From assembly GCA_029948415.1 (NCBI GenBank), contig JAJIZT010000002.1, positions 146,335 to 210,334 on the forward strand: 64,000 nucleotides of DNA, in the 5' to 3' direction. The position numbers and the translations under genes were made by a program. This document shows, in pieces, positions 51,168-61,245 of this stretch (position 1 is the first letter of the stretch; each line of letters opens with the position of its first letter). Source of the DNA: Cenarchaeum symbiont of Oopsacas minuta (GTDB taxonomy: Archaea > Thermoproteota > Nitrososphaeria > Nitrososphaerales > Nitrosopumilaceae). The notes under the pieces are model-generated. The model was given only the letters and a program-made list of their open reading frames with translations, did no database searches and had not been told where the DNA came from.

Positions 51168-51335
51168 ACGACAAAATGTGAAGAATGTGATGCAAATATT
51201 CCTATACCCTCAGATGCACTCGCAGGCGAGATTACAACCTGTTCTGAGTGTGGCGCAAGCTTTGAGCTGATAAAGGATGGAGACGAGATGATCCTAAAAC
51301 CAGCACAGAGTGTAGGCGAGGACTGGGGACAGTGA
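51168..51335 (+). CDS. lysW: LysW copy 2 with ACG at the start position and C-terminal EDWGQ
   Basis: (ACG)TKCEECDANIPIPSDALAGEITTCSECGASFELIKDGDEMILKPAQSVGEDWGQ*; in-frame TGA at 51159-51161. Confidence 0.88.
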   Translation, partial: TTKCEECDANIPIPSDALAGEITTCSECGASFELIKDGDEMILKPAQSVGEDWGQ

Positions 51336-52183
51336 CCAATCAAAAGGTCACCGTCTTGTATGATACTGTAAGGTGGGAAGAAAAATCCCTAGCAGAGGCT
51401 GCAAAGAGAACAAGTGTCAATTTGCATATGCAGGATTGTAGGAGTGTGCGTCTTGATCTAGATGCACAACCTCCAGAGTATGGTACGATTCTACAAAGAT
51501 GCGTCAGCTATTATAGAAATATTCATTCTACTGCAGCCTTTGAAGGTCTTGGTTCTGTTGTAATAAACTGCTTAAAGACGGGCATATACGCTGGAAACAA
51601 GCTCTACTCTCACATGTTGTTGCGCAAACACGAGATTCCAACTCCAAAATCTAGCGTTGCATTTTCAAAACAGAGTGCAATTAATGCAATAGAGGAGATT
51701 GGATATCCGATGGTTTCAAAGCCCACAGTAGGGAGTTGGGGGCGCATGGTGGCAAAGATCTCTAATGCAGAATCTGCAAATGCAATACTAGATACACACG
51801 AGATGCTACATCCCATTTACCATATACATTATCTAGAAGAGTTTGTAAAACGTCCAGAAAGAGACATACGCGCCATAGTGGTAGGAGATAGAGTAGTGGC
51901 GGCAATATACAGATACTCTGGTAGTGGAGAGTGGAAGACAAACATGGCACTTGGAGGTAGGGCTGAAAAATGCCCAGTTACTAGCGAATTAGAAGAGATT
52001 TGTTTAAAGGCAAAAAAAGCAGTATATGGTGACATAGTTGGAGTAGACCTTATGGAGAGCGAGGATAGAGGTCTACTCGTACACGAGGTAAACAATACAA
52101 CTGAATTCAAAAATACCGTACGTGTATGTAATGTTGATATTCCAAAACTCATGATAGAGTATGCAGTAAAGGTGGAAAGATAA
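51332..52183 (+). CDS. lysX: alpha-aminoadipate--LysW ligase
   Basis: KPTVGSWGR, WKTNMALGG, HEVNNTTEF; follows homocitrate synthase and lysW. Confidence 0.88.
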   Translation: MTNQKVTVLYDTVRWEEKSLAEAAKRTSVNLHMQDCRSVRLDLDAQPPEYGTILQRCVSYYRNIHSTAAFEGLGSVVINCLKTGIYAGNKLYSHMLLRKHEIPTPKSSVAFSKQSAINAIEEIGYPMVSKPTVGSWGRMVAKISNAESANAILDTHEMLHPIYHIHYLEEFVKRPERDIRAIVVGDRVVAAIYRYSGSGEWKTNMALGGRAEKCPVTSELEEICLKAKKAVYGDIVGVDLMESEDRGLLVHEVNNTTEFKNTVRVCNVDIPKLMIEYAVKVER

Positions 52184-53299
52184 TTGTTTACAGATACAGA
52201 CGAGAATCTTGCACTCAAAGTATTAATCCATGCTCTTGGACTTTACACTCCATCTTTATCAGAGAAACCAATAGCAGATTACCTTGCTGGCATCTGCTCA
52301 GATCTAGGGTTTAGAGATGTACACATAGATGAGGTAGGAAATATCATAGCTGTAAAAGGAAACGGAAGACCAATCACAATGTTGTGTGGACATATGGATA
52401 CTGTACCTGGAAAGATTCTTGTCAAAAGAGACGGGGATCAGATCTTTGGTAGAGGTTCATCAGATGCCAAAGCTCCACTCTTGGCAATGTTGTTTGCTGC
52501 AGCATGCGTTGGTAAGAATGATGGGACTATAATTTTTGTTGGTGCAGTAGACGAAGAAGGAAACGCAACTGGAATCAAAAACCTTGCATCACAAAAGCTA
52601 GACATTGATTATGCCGTGTTTGGAGAACCAAGTGGTATAGAAAAGGTAACCATAGCATACAAGGGAAGACTTGCAGTGACCTTGCGTGTAAACGCCAAAG
52701 ATAGCTCACATGCAAGTGCCCCATGGCTCTCAAAGAACGCCATAGAAGAGGCAGCATATTTTGTCAAACGCATTAAAGAGAGCATAGAGAATGATTCAGA
52801 GACTAGATGGAATTCAATTACTGCCACTCTGACAGAGATTAGCGGAGGTACAAGTCACAACGTTACTCCAAGCGAGTGTAGAGCTACAATAGATATACGT
52901 ATTCCAGTTGGGACTAGCTGTGGAAAGATAGAAGAGATGGTCTCAAATACAGTCCAGTCTGTATCAGCAGAGAGAGGAGTAGAAGCGTTTCATTCCATAT
53001 TAGATGAGACAGAGCCATTTGAGGCAGACCATAGCTCACCACTAGTACGGGCGTTTAATCTAGGTGCAGCACAAGCTGGCATTGGCAGGATCTCTTTGAC
53101 GCGCAAGACAGGTACTGGAGACATGAATGTAATTGGACATAGATTCAACGTACCAGTGGTCACATATGGTCCAGGAGATCCTCATGCATCGCATACTGCC
53201 AACGAGTCTGTATCAGCTAGCGAGTATCTTCAGGGAATAACTGTTTTAAAGTGTGTATTGAGTCACCTTAAACGATTACACGATAGAAGGCGTAACTGA
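52184..53299 (+). CDS. lysK: [LysW]-lysine/ornithine hydrolase (M20)
   Basis: GHMDTVPG, GRGSSDAK, VDEE, TGTGDMN, YGPGD. Confidence 0.92.
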   Translation: MFTDTDENLALKVLIHALGLYTPSLSEKPIADYLAGICSDLGFRDVHIDEVGNIIAVKGNGRPITMLCGHMDTVPGKILVKRDGDQIFGRGSSDAKAPLLAMLFAAACVGKNDGTIIFVGAVDEEGNATGIKNLASQKLDIDYAVFGEPSGIEKVTIAYKGRLAVTLRVNAKDSSHASAPWLSKNAIEEAAYFVKRIKESIENDSETRWNSITATLTEISGGTSHNVTPSECRATIDIRIPVGTSCGKIEEMVSNTVQSVSAERGVEAFHSILDETEPFEADHSSPLVRAFNLGAAQAGIGRISLTRKTGTGDMNVIGHRFNVPVVTYGPGDPHASHTANESVSASEYLQGITVLKCVLSHLKRLHDRRRN

Positions 53300-54345
53300 T
53301 GCTTTGGTTTGTCGGTGCAGGACTTGCTGGAGTACAGTCACTGACAATGCAGGCAAAAGATGTAATATCAAAGTCGGATGCAGTATTTGTTGAACAATTT
53401 ACTAGTCCAACTGGAATAGAATATTTTGCAGAGATTGAAAAATTGGCACTAGGTAAAACACATGCTATAAAACGATGGGCAGTTGAAGATGGTAACAAGA
53501 TTTTAAATGTTTCAAAGACTGGAACGGCTGTGCTGATCTCTTGGGGGGATCCATATGTGGCAACCACGCATACAGAGTTGCGCACTCGAGCCATAACTAG
53601 TGGCATAAAAACAGGTACCATACACGGAGCTTCAGTCCTGACTGCAATGGTTGGAGAATGTGGCTTGCATCAATACAAAATTGGAAAGACTGTCACGATT
53701 ATGAGCGAGTCAAATCAATCTACAACACCATATTATACCATATACAAGAATATGATCCAAGGTGCACATACTATATTGCTCCTAGAGTACAATCAAGACA
53801 AGGATTATTTTTTAGATCCTGTAGATGCGTTGAAAATTTTACAAGAGGCAGAAAAAGGTCAACGTAGAAGAGTCATAATTAAAGATACTTTTTGCTTGGT
53901 TGCATCAAGAATTGGCTCTCAGAATCAAAGAATTGTTGCAGGGAATATATCCCACATTATTAAAAAAGAATTTGGCAATCCCCCACATGCTTTGATTATA
54001 CCAAGTAGTCTACATTTTACAGAGTCAGATGCAATAAATGCACTTGCAGAGTGTATTGATGCACCATCAGATAACTCTCAGAAAACTCCTAGTATTCCAA
54101 AACAGATGCTCAAAAAATATGTACCCATGATAGAGCATGCAATATCAGAATCTAAAAAACTATGCAAAGGTGATGCGCATCTTGAAGAAGTGTTGGATGG
54201 TGCATCTAGGTATACAGATGATGCAAAACAGTTTTTGGATGATGGTCAAGAGGATCTTGCTGTTTTATGCATAGGTTATGCAGATGGTTTGGCTGATGCA
54301 GTTAGAATTGCACGAGGTTTGGAGCCAGCTGGTGCATCAAACTAG
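53299..54345 (+). CDS. dph5: diphthine synthase with C-terminal helical extension (DUF357-like)
   Basis: GDPYVATTH, YKIGKTVT, HTILLL, FGNPPH, LHFTE; tail GYADGLADA. Confidence 0.92.
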   Translation: MLWFVGAGLAGVQSLTMQAKDVISKSDAVFVEQFTSPTGIEYFAEIEKLALGKTHAIKRWAVEDGNKILNVSKTGTAVLISWGDPYVATTHTELRTRAITSGIKTGTIHGASVLTAMVGECGLHQYKIGKTVTIMSESNQSTTPYYTIYKNMIQGAHTILLLEYNQDKDYFLDPVDALKILQEAEKGQRRRVIIKDTFCLVASRIGSQNQRIVAGNISHIIKKEFGNPPHALIIPSSLHFTESDAINALAECIDAPSDNSQKTPSIPKQMLKKYVPMIEHAISESKKLCKGDAHLEEVLDGASRYTDDAKQFLDDGQEDLAVLCIGYADGLADAVRIARGLEPAGASN

Positions 54346-54796
54346 CATCGATTATTTTGTGCCACTTTTAGATGAAATTTGCCTGTTTGATTTCAATCCC
54401 TTGATGTCAAGTGCTGGTAGAGGATTTTAGACAATCAATAAAATGCAATTTTCTTTATACATAATTTGGGTTTTTCAAATATCTCGCATCGGTTAAAGTT
54501 AAACAGCATGTAGCCTTTACTCTTTTCAGGATCATGGGATACTTTATCGTTTGATAAGATCATGGCGGTTTACTATATTCAAAGTGTTTATTCCAATCTG
54601 CACATGTTGGAATGATCCACATCTAAATACTTACAATATGCCAAAATTGTATTAAAACTCTTTTTCTTGATCTTTGGTGTGGGTTTTGAAATTTTTCTCA
54701 GTTTTTTCAACTGCTTTATAATGACGTTCAGACCATTTGTTTTCTATTATTCAATAAAACATAATTATGTCATATAAGATTATATCCAATTGGTTC

Positions 54797-54873
54797 GTAT
54801 GAGGTTAGCTACTCTATTTTTGTGCAAATATAGAACTTTCTTGATAATTATGGGCATGTACGTAACCCCATAC
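54797..54873. mobile_element. MITE family X copy 2
   Basis: TIR GTATGAGGTTA/TAACCCCATAC; shared core GAACTTTCTTGATAATTAT. Confidence 0.7.
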
Positions 54874-54988
54874 TTTTCTGGTGCATCTATGGGAGTTTTC
54901 TGAAATCAGATTGTTTGTTGCATATCAGTAGATCATATATAAAAAAGTATATGGTATGTTTATAACGTGATATACGGTATAATACATT

Positions 54989-55384
54989 ATGGAAAAACAG
55001 AGTATTGAACATAGAATAGATGTACTAGAATCTAGAGCTGATCATGGAAAAAAACGAGATATTGAAAAAATTAGTCAATTGATACATCAAATTAATTCTG
55101 CGTTTGAAAGTCATGCTAAGCATATCGCAAAACAATTTGATAAAACTAGTACATATATCGCAAAGAGATTTGATGATATGGATTATAGATTAAGTAAAAT
55201 TGAAGCAGATATGGAAATTGTTAGAAAAGAATTATCTAATGTTTCAAATTGGACTAAAACAAGTGATCATATGTTTCAGCTTACACGTACTCATGCTTAT
55301 GAAATACCAAAAATAGAAGTTCGATTAGATAAATTAGAAAAAGTAAACACTACTGATTCAGACTCGTATTCTGAATCAAAGTAA
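54989..55384 (+). CDS. hypothetical coiled-coil protein
   Basis: 131 aa; internal repeat IAKQFD/IAKRFD; TTTATAA box upstream. Confidence 0.65.
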   Translation: MEKQSIEHRIDVLESRADHGKKRDIEKISQLIHQINSAFESHAKHIAKQFDKTSTYIAKRFDDMDYRLSKIEADMEIVRKELSNVSNWTKTSDHMFQLTRTHAYEIPKIEVRLDKLEKVNTTDSDSYSESK

Positions 55385-55398
55385 TCTACTTGATATTA

Positions 55399-55476
55399 CT
55401 AGGCCGCATAACTCGAGTTTTTATACCCAAACCATATCTAGATATTTTCAATATTAGGAAGCTTGCAACAGACTAG
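55399..55476. mobile_element. MITE-like family Y copy 2
   Basis: Bounded by CTAG at both ends; inverted homologue of 40037-40113. Confidence 0.7.
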
Positions 55477-55479
55477 GTA

Positions 55480-55515
55480 AATGTGAATCTCAAAAGACTT
55501 TTGCTCCTTACTATA
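55480..55515 (-). mobile_element. orphan IS630 end
   Basis: AATGTGAATCTCAAAAGACTTTTGCTCCTTACTATA resembles 29012-29047. Confidence 0.75.
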
Positions 55516-55558
55516 TCAATGCGATAAATTAAAAACTCCAAATTCCCATTCATTACTC

Positions 55559-56134
55559 ATGACAATATCTGAAAAGAAATTATTGGTAGATATACTAGCA
55601 TCATCACTTGGAGCAAAAAGGCACACTCCATCATCTAAAGAGATGAATCACCTCTCAAAGATAGGGTATGTAAAAGATGGTAAAATTACAAAACTTGGTA
55701 GATCTCGCATACGTTTAGTATTGGCAGGCGGTGTCTTTGACATAATACATCCAGGACATATTCATACGTTAAATGAAGCCAAAAACCTTGGAGATATGTT
55801 AATAGTGGTTGTAGCCACAGACCTCATGGCAGAAAAAGGAAAAAAACGCACTCCACTGCACACCAAAGAGCAACGTCAAATTCTAGTCTCATCGATTAGT
55901 ATGGTAGATGTGTGTATGATTGGTAGTGAAAAAGACATCTTTGAGACAGTAAAGATTGTAGATCCAGATATTGTTGCACTAGGTTATGATCAAACACATC
56001 AAGAAAAGACAATACTAGATGGATGTATCAAACGTGGATTACACACAAGCGTAGCAAGACTCCAATCTCCTATGCCCGATATGTCTAGCTCTGAGATTCG
56101 TAAAGAGTATGATACAGAGATACACGGTCTCTAA
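55559..56134 (+). CDS. ribL: FAD synthase (cytidylyltransferase family)
   Basis: GGVFDIIHPGH, PDIVALGYDQ, SSS; convergent with ribK. Confidence 0.85.
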   Translation: MTISEKKLLVDILASSLGAKRHTPSSKEMNHLSKIGYVKDGKITKLGRSRIRLVLAGGVFDIIHPGHIHTLNEAKNLGDMLIVVVATDLMAEKGKKRTPLHTKEQRQILVSSISMVDVCMIGSEKDIFETVKIVDPDIVALGYDQTHQEKTILDGCIKRGLHTSVARLQSPMPDMSSSEIRKEYDTEIHGL

Positions 56135-56820
56135 TTTTTCCGAGATGGTATGAGAATTTCCACCATGGATCCATCATATAGTTTGCATGCGCGTCGAAGA
56201 TTCATCTTTGATATTACTTCAACTAGTCCATCATCATGATGTGTTCGCTCTAATCTTATCAGATGGCATTTTTTTCCGCCCAAAATACATTCATAACATT
56301 TTACCCAACCATACGTGCGCTTTCCATCCGAAAAGCCATCTATCAAGGCATCGGATTCTTCAGATGTTACCATGTCTAGTGTAGCCATACTTGATCTATC
56401 ATCTAATTTCACATTCAAGGTTCCAGGATATGGAACATAACCGATCTTTTTCCTAAACTGTTCAACATATCCTTCAAGTGACATATAGTATGCACCTTCA
56501 CCAATTCCCGATGACATTTTTCCCCAGAGTATCCTCCCACTGTTATTTTTAGGTGCTAGTGATTTTGAGATTGTTGCAGAGATCTGTCTTACTTTGGTGG
56601 CACCTTTTTTGGTCACCATTACGTATGTTTTGCCGCCACGTATTGTGCGCTCTACATATCCAACATCTTCCAATTTGGCCAAATGAGTCGATGCAGCCTG
56701 TTGTGAGCGGCCTATAGCCTTTCCAAGAGATTCAGTTGTGACACGTACAAAATTAGAGCCAGCTCCCATTGAAAGAAGATGTGCTAGTGATAAAAGATGG
56801 TGTGTATTTAATTCGGCCAA
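56131..56820 (-). CDS. ribK: CTP-dependent riboflavin kinase with N-terminal HTH
   Basis: SQQAAS HTH; SGIGEGAYY, PYPGTLN, RTHH. Confidence 0.93.
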   Translation of the reverse strand: MAELNTHHLLSLAHLLSMGAGSNFVRVTTESLGKAIGRSQQAASTHLAKLEDVGYVERTIRGGKTYVMVTKKGATKVRQISATISKSLAPKNNSGRILWGKMSSGIGEGAYYMSLEGYVEQFRKKIGYVPYPGTLNVKLDDRSSMATLDMVTSEESDALIDGFSDGKRTYGWVKCYECILGGKKCHLIRLERTHHDDGLVEVISKMNLRRACKLYDGSMVEILIPSRKN

Positions 56821-56821
56821 T

Positions 56822-57964
56822 TTAGGATTCGATGCCTAGATCTGAGAATGTTTTGATTACCATATCAGATGTACTAGTGACATTTGCTATACGATGACCC
56901 ACAATGAACTCGATTCCAGCATCTTTTGTTGTATCATATAGCCTCTGTGTTATTATTCCATCTAGTATGAGATATTTTATGCCAGTCTGACCTGTTATCT
57001 TTTTGACAAGGTCGCTTATTGGTGTGCGAAATACTTCAGAACCATCAGAATCAAGTGTGATAGCCTCTAGTGAGCCACTTATTGATTCATACATCTTTGA
57101 TACGATAGATACTAGTTGGTCATTTTCAACGCTTACCGTAGGTTTTACATTACCTTCGACTATGGTCTTTGCAATAGGATCCAATATCTCAGATATACGC
57201 TCTGGTGTGAGCTCTTCAACCTCTATTCCTGGATCTGCTTGTAGTTCCACATCAATGTGCACCATTGATTTCAACTCTTTTAGTATAAAACCACCTGATC
57301 TGTCCCCATCAAGGAATGCCACAACTTTGTCTTTCTTTTCACAAAGGCTAATTATCGAATCATCTATCTTTGCACCTTGTATTGCTATTGCATTATCATA
57401 TCCAGAACGTAATAGGTTTATGATATCTGCCCTTCCTTCTACAAGTATTATCCATCTAGAAGATTCTATACCAGAACCGCACGGTAATTTGGAAGATCCA
57501 TATGATCGTACTCTTCCTGCACCACCCTCGTGCACATCCTTTAGCATTGTATCTCCTTCGCTGATTGCCTTTGTCTTCCATCTGCGTTTGATCTCCTTTG
57601 CTCTTTTTACAATGTCATCTCTCTTGGCAGCACGTACATCATCAATTGATACGAGGCTAAATTTACAGTCAAATGGTCCAACTTTGTCTATTCCTTCTAC
57701 GGCTGCAGAGATGAGCGAGCATGTGTCAATATCTGTGCTCATTGGTATAATGGCATGCCCTGTGGTTGTATTTGTGGTTGATTTTGAACGAACTTCAATG
57801 CGTCCTACTTTGGAGATGCGTTGTAACTCGTTTAGATTCATCTCTGGGCTCAACAGTCCCTCTGTCTGTCCAAATATGGCACCTATTATATCAGCACGCT
57901 CGACTAGACCATCTATTTCATATGATAGTTTTACGTTATACTTTACAATACCAGATTGAGGCAT
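56822..57964 (-). CDS. dnaG: archaeal DnaG-like primase
   Basis: GAIFGQTEGLL, VEGRADIINL, FLDGDRSG. Confidence 0.95.
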   Translation of the reverse strand: MPQSGIVKYNVKLSYEIDGLVERADIIGAIFGQTEGLLSPEMNLNELQRISKVGRIEVRSKSTTNTTTGHAIIPMSTDIDTCSLISAAVEGIDKVGPFDCKFSLVSIDDVRAAKRDDIVKRAKEIKRRWKTKAISEGDTMLKDVHEGGAGRVRSYGSSKLPCGSGIESSRWIILVEGRADIINLLRSGYDNAIAIQGAKIDDSIISLCEKKDKVVAFLDGDRSGGFILKELKSMVHIDVELQADPGIEVEELTPERISEILDPIAKTIVEGNVKPTVSVENDQLVSIVSKMYESISGSLEAITLDSDGSEVFRTPISDLVKKITGQTGIKYLILDGIITQRLYDTTKDAGIEFIVGHRIANVTSTSDMVIKTFSDLGIES

Positions 57965-58151
57965 TTTCCAATATTTGCCATATTTAACAGTCTTATATGC
58001 GTGCCTAATTACCGCCGTGTGATAAATTTTCTTGTATGCTCGATCTCAAGATACAAGGTATGAGTCCACAAGTGAGATATCATAAAGTAATTGTTGACAA
58101 TATCAAGATGATCTTGAGTCGTGTTGCGTTAGGTATAAAATCCCCACATCA

Positions 58152-58619
58152 ATGGCAGGTTGTATGATCGATGAAAAGCTCATAGAGTTGGGCATAATAC
58201 TACCTGACCCGCCTACTCCTGCAGGTGCATATATGCCAGTTATAGTGGCAGATGGAATGGCGTTTGTATCAGGTCAGATACCCATGCTAGATGGCAGGGT
58301 AAAATATACAGGCAAAGTAGGAGAGTCAAATATTTCAACAGCAAAAGAGTCAGCCAAATTATGTGCAGTAAACATACTAGCCCAGCTACAAAAAGAACTA
58401 GGCTCTCTTGAAAAGATCAAGAGAATTGTTCGCATTAATGGATTTGTGAATTCAGAGCCAGGGTTCAAATCACATCCAAATGTAATTGATGCAGTATCTG
58501 ATTTTTTTTACGAGATACTAGGTGAGCGTGGGCGTCATTCACGTTTAGCTGTTGGGGTCATGTCTTTGCCACTTGATGCGATGACTGAGGTAGATGCCAT
58601 CGTTCAAATACACACCTAG
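58152..58619 (+). CDS. RidA/YjgF family protein
   Basis: FVSGQIP, GRHSRLAVGV.SLP. Confidence 0.9.
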   Translation: MAGCMIDEKLIELGIILPDPPTPAGAYMPVIVADGMAFVSGQIPMLDGRVKYTGKVGESNISTAKESAKLCAVNILAQLQKELGSLEKIKRIVRINGFVNSEPGFKSHPNVIDAVSDFFYEILGERGRHSRLAVGVMSLPLDAMTEVDAIVQIHT

Positions 58620-59650
58620 GTCTTGCTCTTTGCAAGATTTTTGTTCATCTCTTTGATAAAAGCACCTATTTTTTCTTTTGGCACTGTAGCACCACATGCC
58701 TTGTCATGACCACCGCCAGAACCATCGAATTTATCCACCGTGTGATTTACGAGACGGCCAAGATGTATTTTACATTTGGATGATCCTCTTATCGAGATGG
58801 CATATATTCCATGGTCTATGCGTTCTTTGTATGCAATGCCAACATCTTTTCCTGAAAGTCCTAGTACAAAGTTTACAGCTCCACTAGCTCCCATATCATC
58901 TACCTCCATGTATGCAAGGTTTGTCAATACTTTCATCTTTTTACGTACCAAGGCAATCACAGTCCCCAACTTTGCCACTTGTGTTTGAGCAAAATCAAAA
59001 AATCCTTTTATCTCGTGTGGGTATTTAGATGAGGCTAAACTCTTAACAAGATCTAGTAAAAAGTCCATCTCTTTTTGATGTCCTACAATGTTGTATGTGA
59101 GTGCAGTTGCGTTTGCTAGAACAAACTGTCGATCATACATTGCAAGTAACTTTGAGCTCTCTGTTCGATCATCCATATAATCAGTTACTGCAGCACACGC
59201 TGCAATAAACGGCGCATGTGCGTTGAGTTTTTTAGAAAATGCAGTATATACTAAAACTGTAGCACATTCGGCAGTATCATGTATGACGTTTACCTTTGCA
59301 GCCTTTAGACGACGCTTGATCTTTGGGTCTAGATCATGATGATCTATATACGTTATGCTTACTCGCTTCTTTCTCAAAGTTTCTAGTATATGTGCAAACT
59401 TTTCTTGTGTATGTTTGTTTAAACCCAAATCGCATATGTACAGCGCTTTTAGTTTTTCATTTGCGGCAATCTCCTCCAATGCTTGCATCTGTCCAGGGTA
59501 ATCTACTAGTATAGTCTTGCCACCAAATGCTTGTCTAATCAAGGATGCTGCACTTAATCCATCTGCATCTTCTTTGTGTGAGAGACATACTGTGAGTGTC
59601 TTTGTTGGTTTTTTCTTTACAATACTCTTTCTAGTGGTCGCCACATTCAA
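58616..59650 (-). CDS. DHH/DHHA1 phosphoesterase
   Basis: DADG, ICDLG, IDHH, GGGHDKACGA. Confidence 0.9.
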   Translation of the reverse strand: MNVATTRKSIVKKKPTKTLTVCLSHKEDADGLSAASLIRQAFGGKTILVDYPGQMQALEEIAANEKLKALYICDLGLNKHTQEKFAHILETLRKKRVSITYIDHHDLDPKIKRRLKAAKVNVIHDTAECATVLVYTAFSKKLNAHAPFIAACAAVTDYMDDRTESSKLLAMYDRQFVLANATALTYNIVGHQKEMDFLLDLVKSLASSKYPHEIKGFFDFAQTQVAKLGTVIALVRKKMKVLTNLAYMEVDDMGASGAVNFVLGLSGKDVGIAYKERIDHGIYAISIRGSSKCKIHLGRLVNHTVDKFDGSGGGHDKACGATVPKEKIGAFIKEMNKNLAKSKT

Positions 59651-59680
59651 GATCCTGCATTAGCCTCATTTAAACTAAAT

Positions 59681-59866
59681 TTACCTGTTTTTTCTAGTCG
59701 ATAGTTTTTCAAAAGTCTGGTCGCTCATCGCATATGACTCATAAAATGTACTTCCATTCTTTTGTGTTTCAATGTCGATGCGTTGTAATCGTTTGAGCTC
59801 TTTACCAGTTGCGGCAAGTATCATATCATCTATGCTCTTTTGGTAATGGCGTTCAGTTCCTGACAT
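59681..59866 (-). CDS. small hypothetical protein
   Basis: 61-aa ORF resembling 61242-61445 (D..Q..G.(T/S)FYE...RN). Confidence 0.55.
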   Translation of the reverse strand: MSGTERHYQKSIDDMILAATGKELKRLQRIDIETQKNGSTFYESYAMSDQTFEKLSTRKNR

Positions 59867-60072
59867 GTAGTTTTTTTGTTAAAATTGGTTATACATGGCA
59901 GCGTTGTGATATTAGACAAATTACTAAGTTTACGTGCTGTATATATTCAGATTTGTCATCTACAAAAAGGATAAACTCGTGTATACGAGTCGTGAGATTT
60001 TGTGTTTTTACTAATTCTAGGCACATGTTCTCTTGTCAAAAATGTAAATATGGCATTCATTAAAGTTAATTC

Positions 60073-61245
60073 ATGTCACTAGGAACAAAGAATACAGGTC
60101 TGCGAGGCATACCAGTGGCAGACACAAAGATATCCAATATCGATGGTAAACTTGGAAGGCTCATTTACCGCGGTTATGATATCGATGATTTGGCAAAAAA
60201 ATCTACATTTGAAGAGACAACGTATCTATTGTTGCATGATAGACTACCCACAATTACTCTTTACGATGAGTTTGTCTCAAAGCTGACAAATTCAAGGCAG
60301 ATTCCAAAACAGATGCAGACAAACATGGGAAACTGGCGTAAAGATGCAGACCCCATGGATATGCTACAAGCGTTTGTTGCAGCCTTGGCTGGATATTACG
60401 ATGAAGAATTTTCAAATAAAGAGGCAAGCTATGATCGAGCGATAAACATTATTGCCAAAGTTCCCACCATAGTTGCTAGCTGGCAGCGCATACGTAACAA
60501 CAAAGAGATAATCGATCCAGATCCTAAACTTGGACATGCTGCCAATTTCTTGTACATGTTGACAGGTGAAAAGCCAGACAAAGAATCTGCAGATATATTC
60601 GATGTGTGCCTCATACTTCACGCCGATCACACTTTTAACGCATCGACTTTTGCTGCACGGCAAGTGGCATCTACAAGAGCACACATGTATTCAGCATGTA
60701 GTGCTGCAATAGGAGCGTTGAGTGGCGAGCTTCATGGAGGTGCAAACTATGAAGTAATGCGCATGCTATTGGAGATTGGATCAGAAGAGAATGTAAAGAG
60801 CTGGATTACAAATAGGCTAGCAGTAGGAGAACGTGTCATGGGAATGGGTCATGCAGTGTATAAAACGCATGATCCTAGGGCTCGTATTCTAAAAAAACTC
60901 TCATCAAAGCTTGCAGAAAAAACTAGACAACCATGGTTTAAGATAAGCAAGATGATCGAAGATGTAACAACTATCGAGATGAAGAGACTCAAAGGTAATG
61001 ACATTTATCCAAATGTTGATCTCTATAGTGCGTCAGTATATTATATGCTCAATATACCGATGGATCTAAACACACCGATATTTGCCATCTCGCGCTCAAC
61101 AGGATGGACTGCACACATAATAGAAGAGAAATTTGCCGAAGCTGCTCCAAAACCTGCATTGTATAGACCAAAGGCCGTCTATGTAGGAAAATATTGTGGA
61201 CCTGAAGGGTGCGAGTATAAATCACTAGATCTTCGTGTAGACTAG
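60073..61245 (+). CDS. gltA: citrate synthase
   Basis: LHADH..NAST, LHGGAN, GMGHAVYK..DPR, YPNVD. Confidence 0.95.
   Translation: MSLGTKNTGLRGIPVADTKISNIDGKLGRLIYRGYDIDDLAKKSTFEETTYLLLHDRLPTITLYDEFVSKLTNSRQIPKQMQTNMGNWRKDADPMDMLQAFVAALAGYYDEEFSNKEASYDRAINIIAKVPTIVASWQRIRNNKEIIDPDPKLGHAANFLYMLTGEKPDKESADIFDVCLILHADHTFNASTFAARQVASTRAHMYSACSAAIGALSGELHGGANYEVMRMLLEIGSEENVKSWITNRLAVGERVMGMGHAVYKTHDPRARILKKLSSKLAEKTRQPWFKISKMIEDVTTIEMKRLKGNDIYPNVDLYSASVYYMLNIPMDLNTPIFAISRSTGWTAHIIEEKFAEAAPKPALYRPKAVYVGKYCGPEGCEYKSLDLRVD

Noticed and set aside
53299..54345. Dph5 C-terminal extension as a novel fusion
   Set aside because: Looks like a DUF357-type domain that commonly neighbours archaeal dph5; likely ordinary for this lineage.
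57003..57959. 318-aa + strand ORF
   Set aside because: Antisense shadow of dnaG; Ser/Thr-rich with no motifs. The same applies to long antisense ORFs over smc, lysZ, lysJ and msrA.
57965..58150. Inverted repeat CTCAAGAT/ATCTTGAG between dnaG and the RidA gene
   Set aside because: Short, widely spaced and single-copy; not enough to call an RNA or a MITE.
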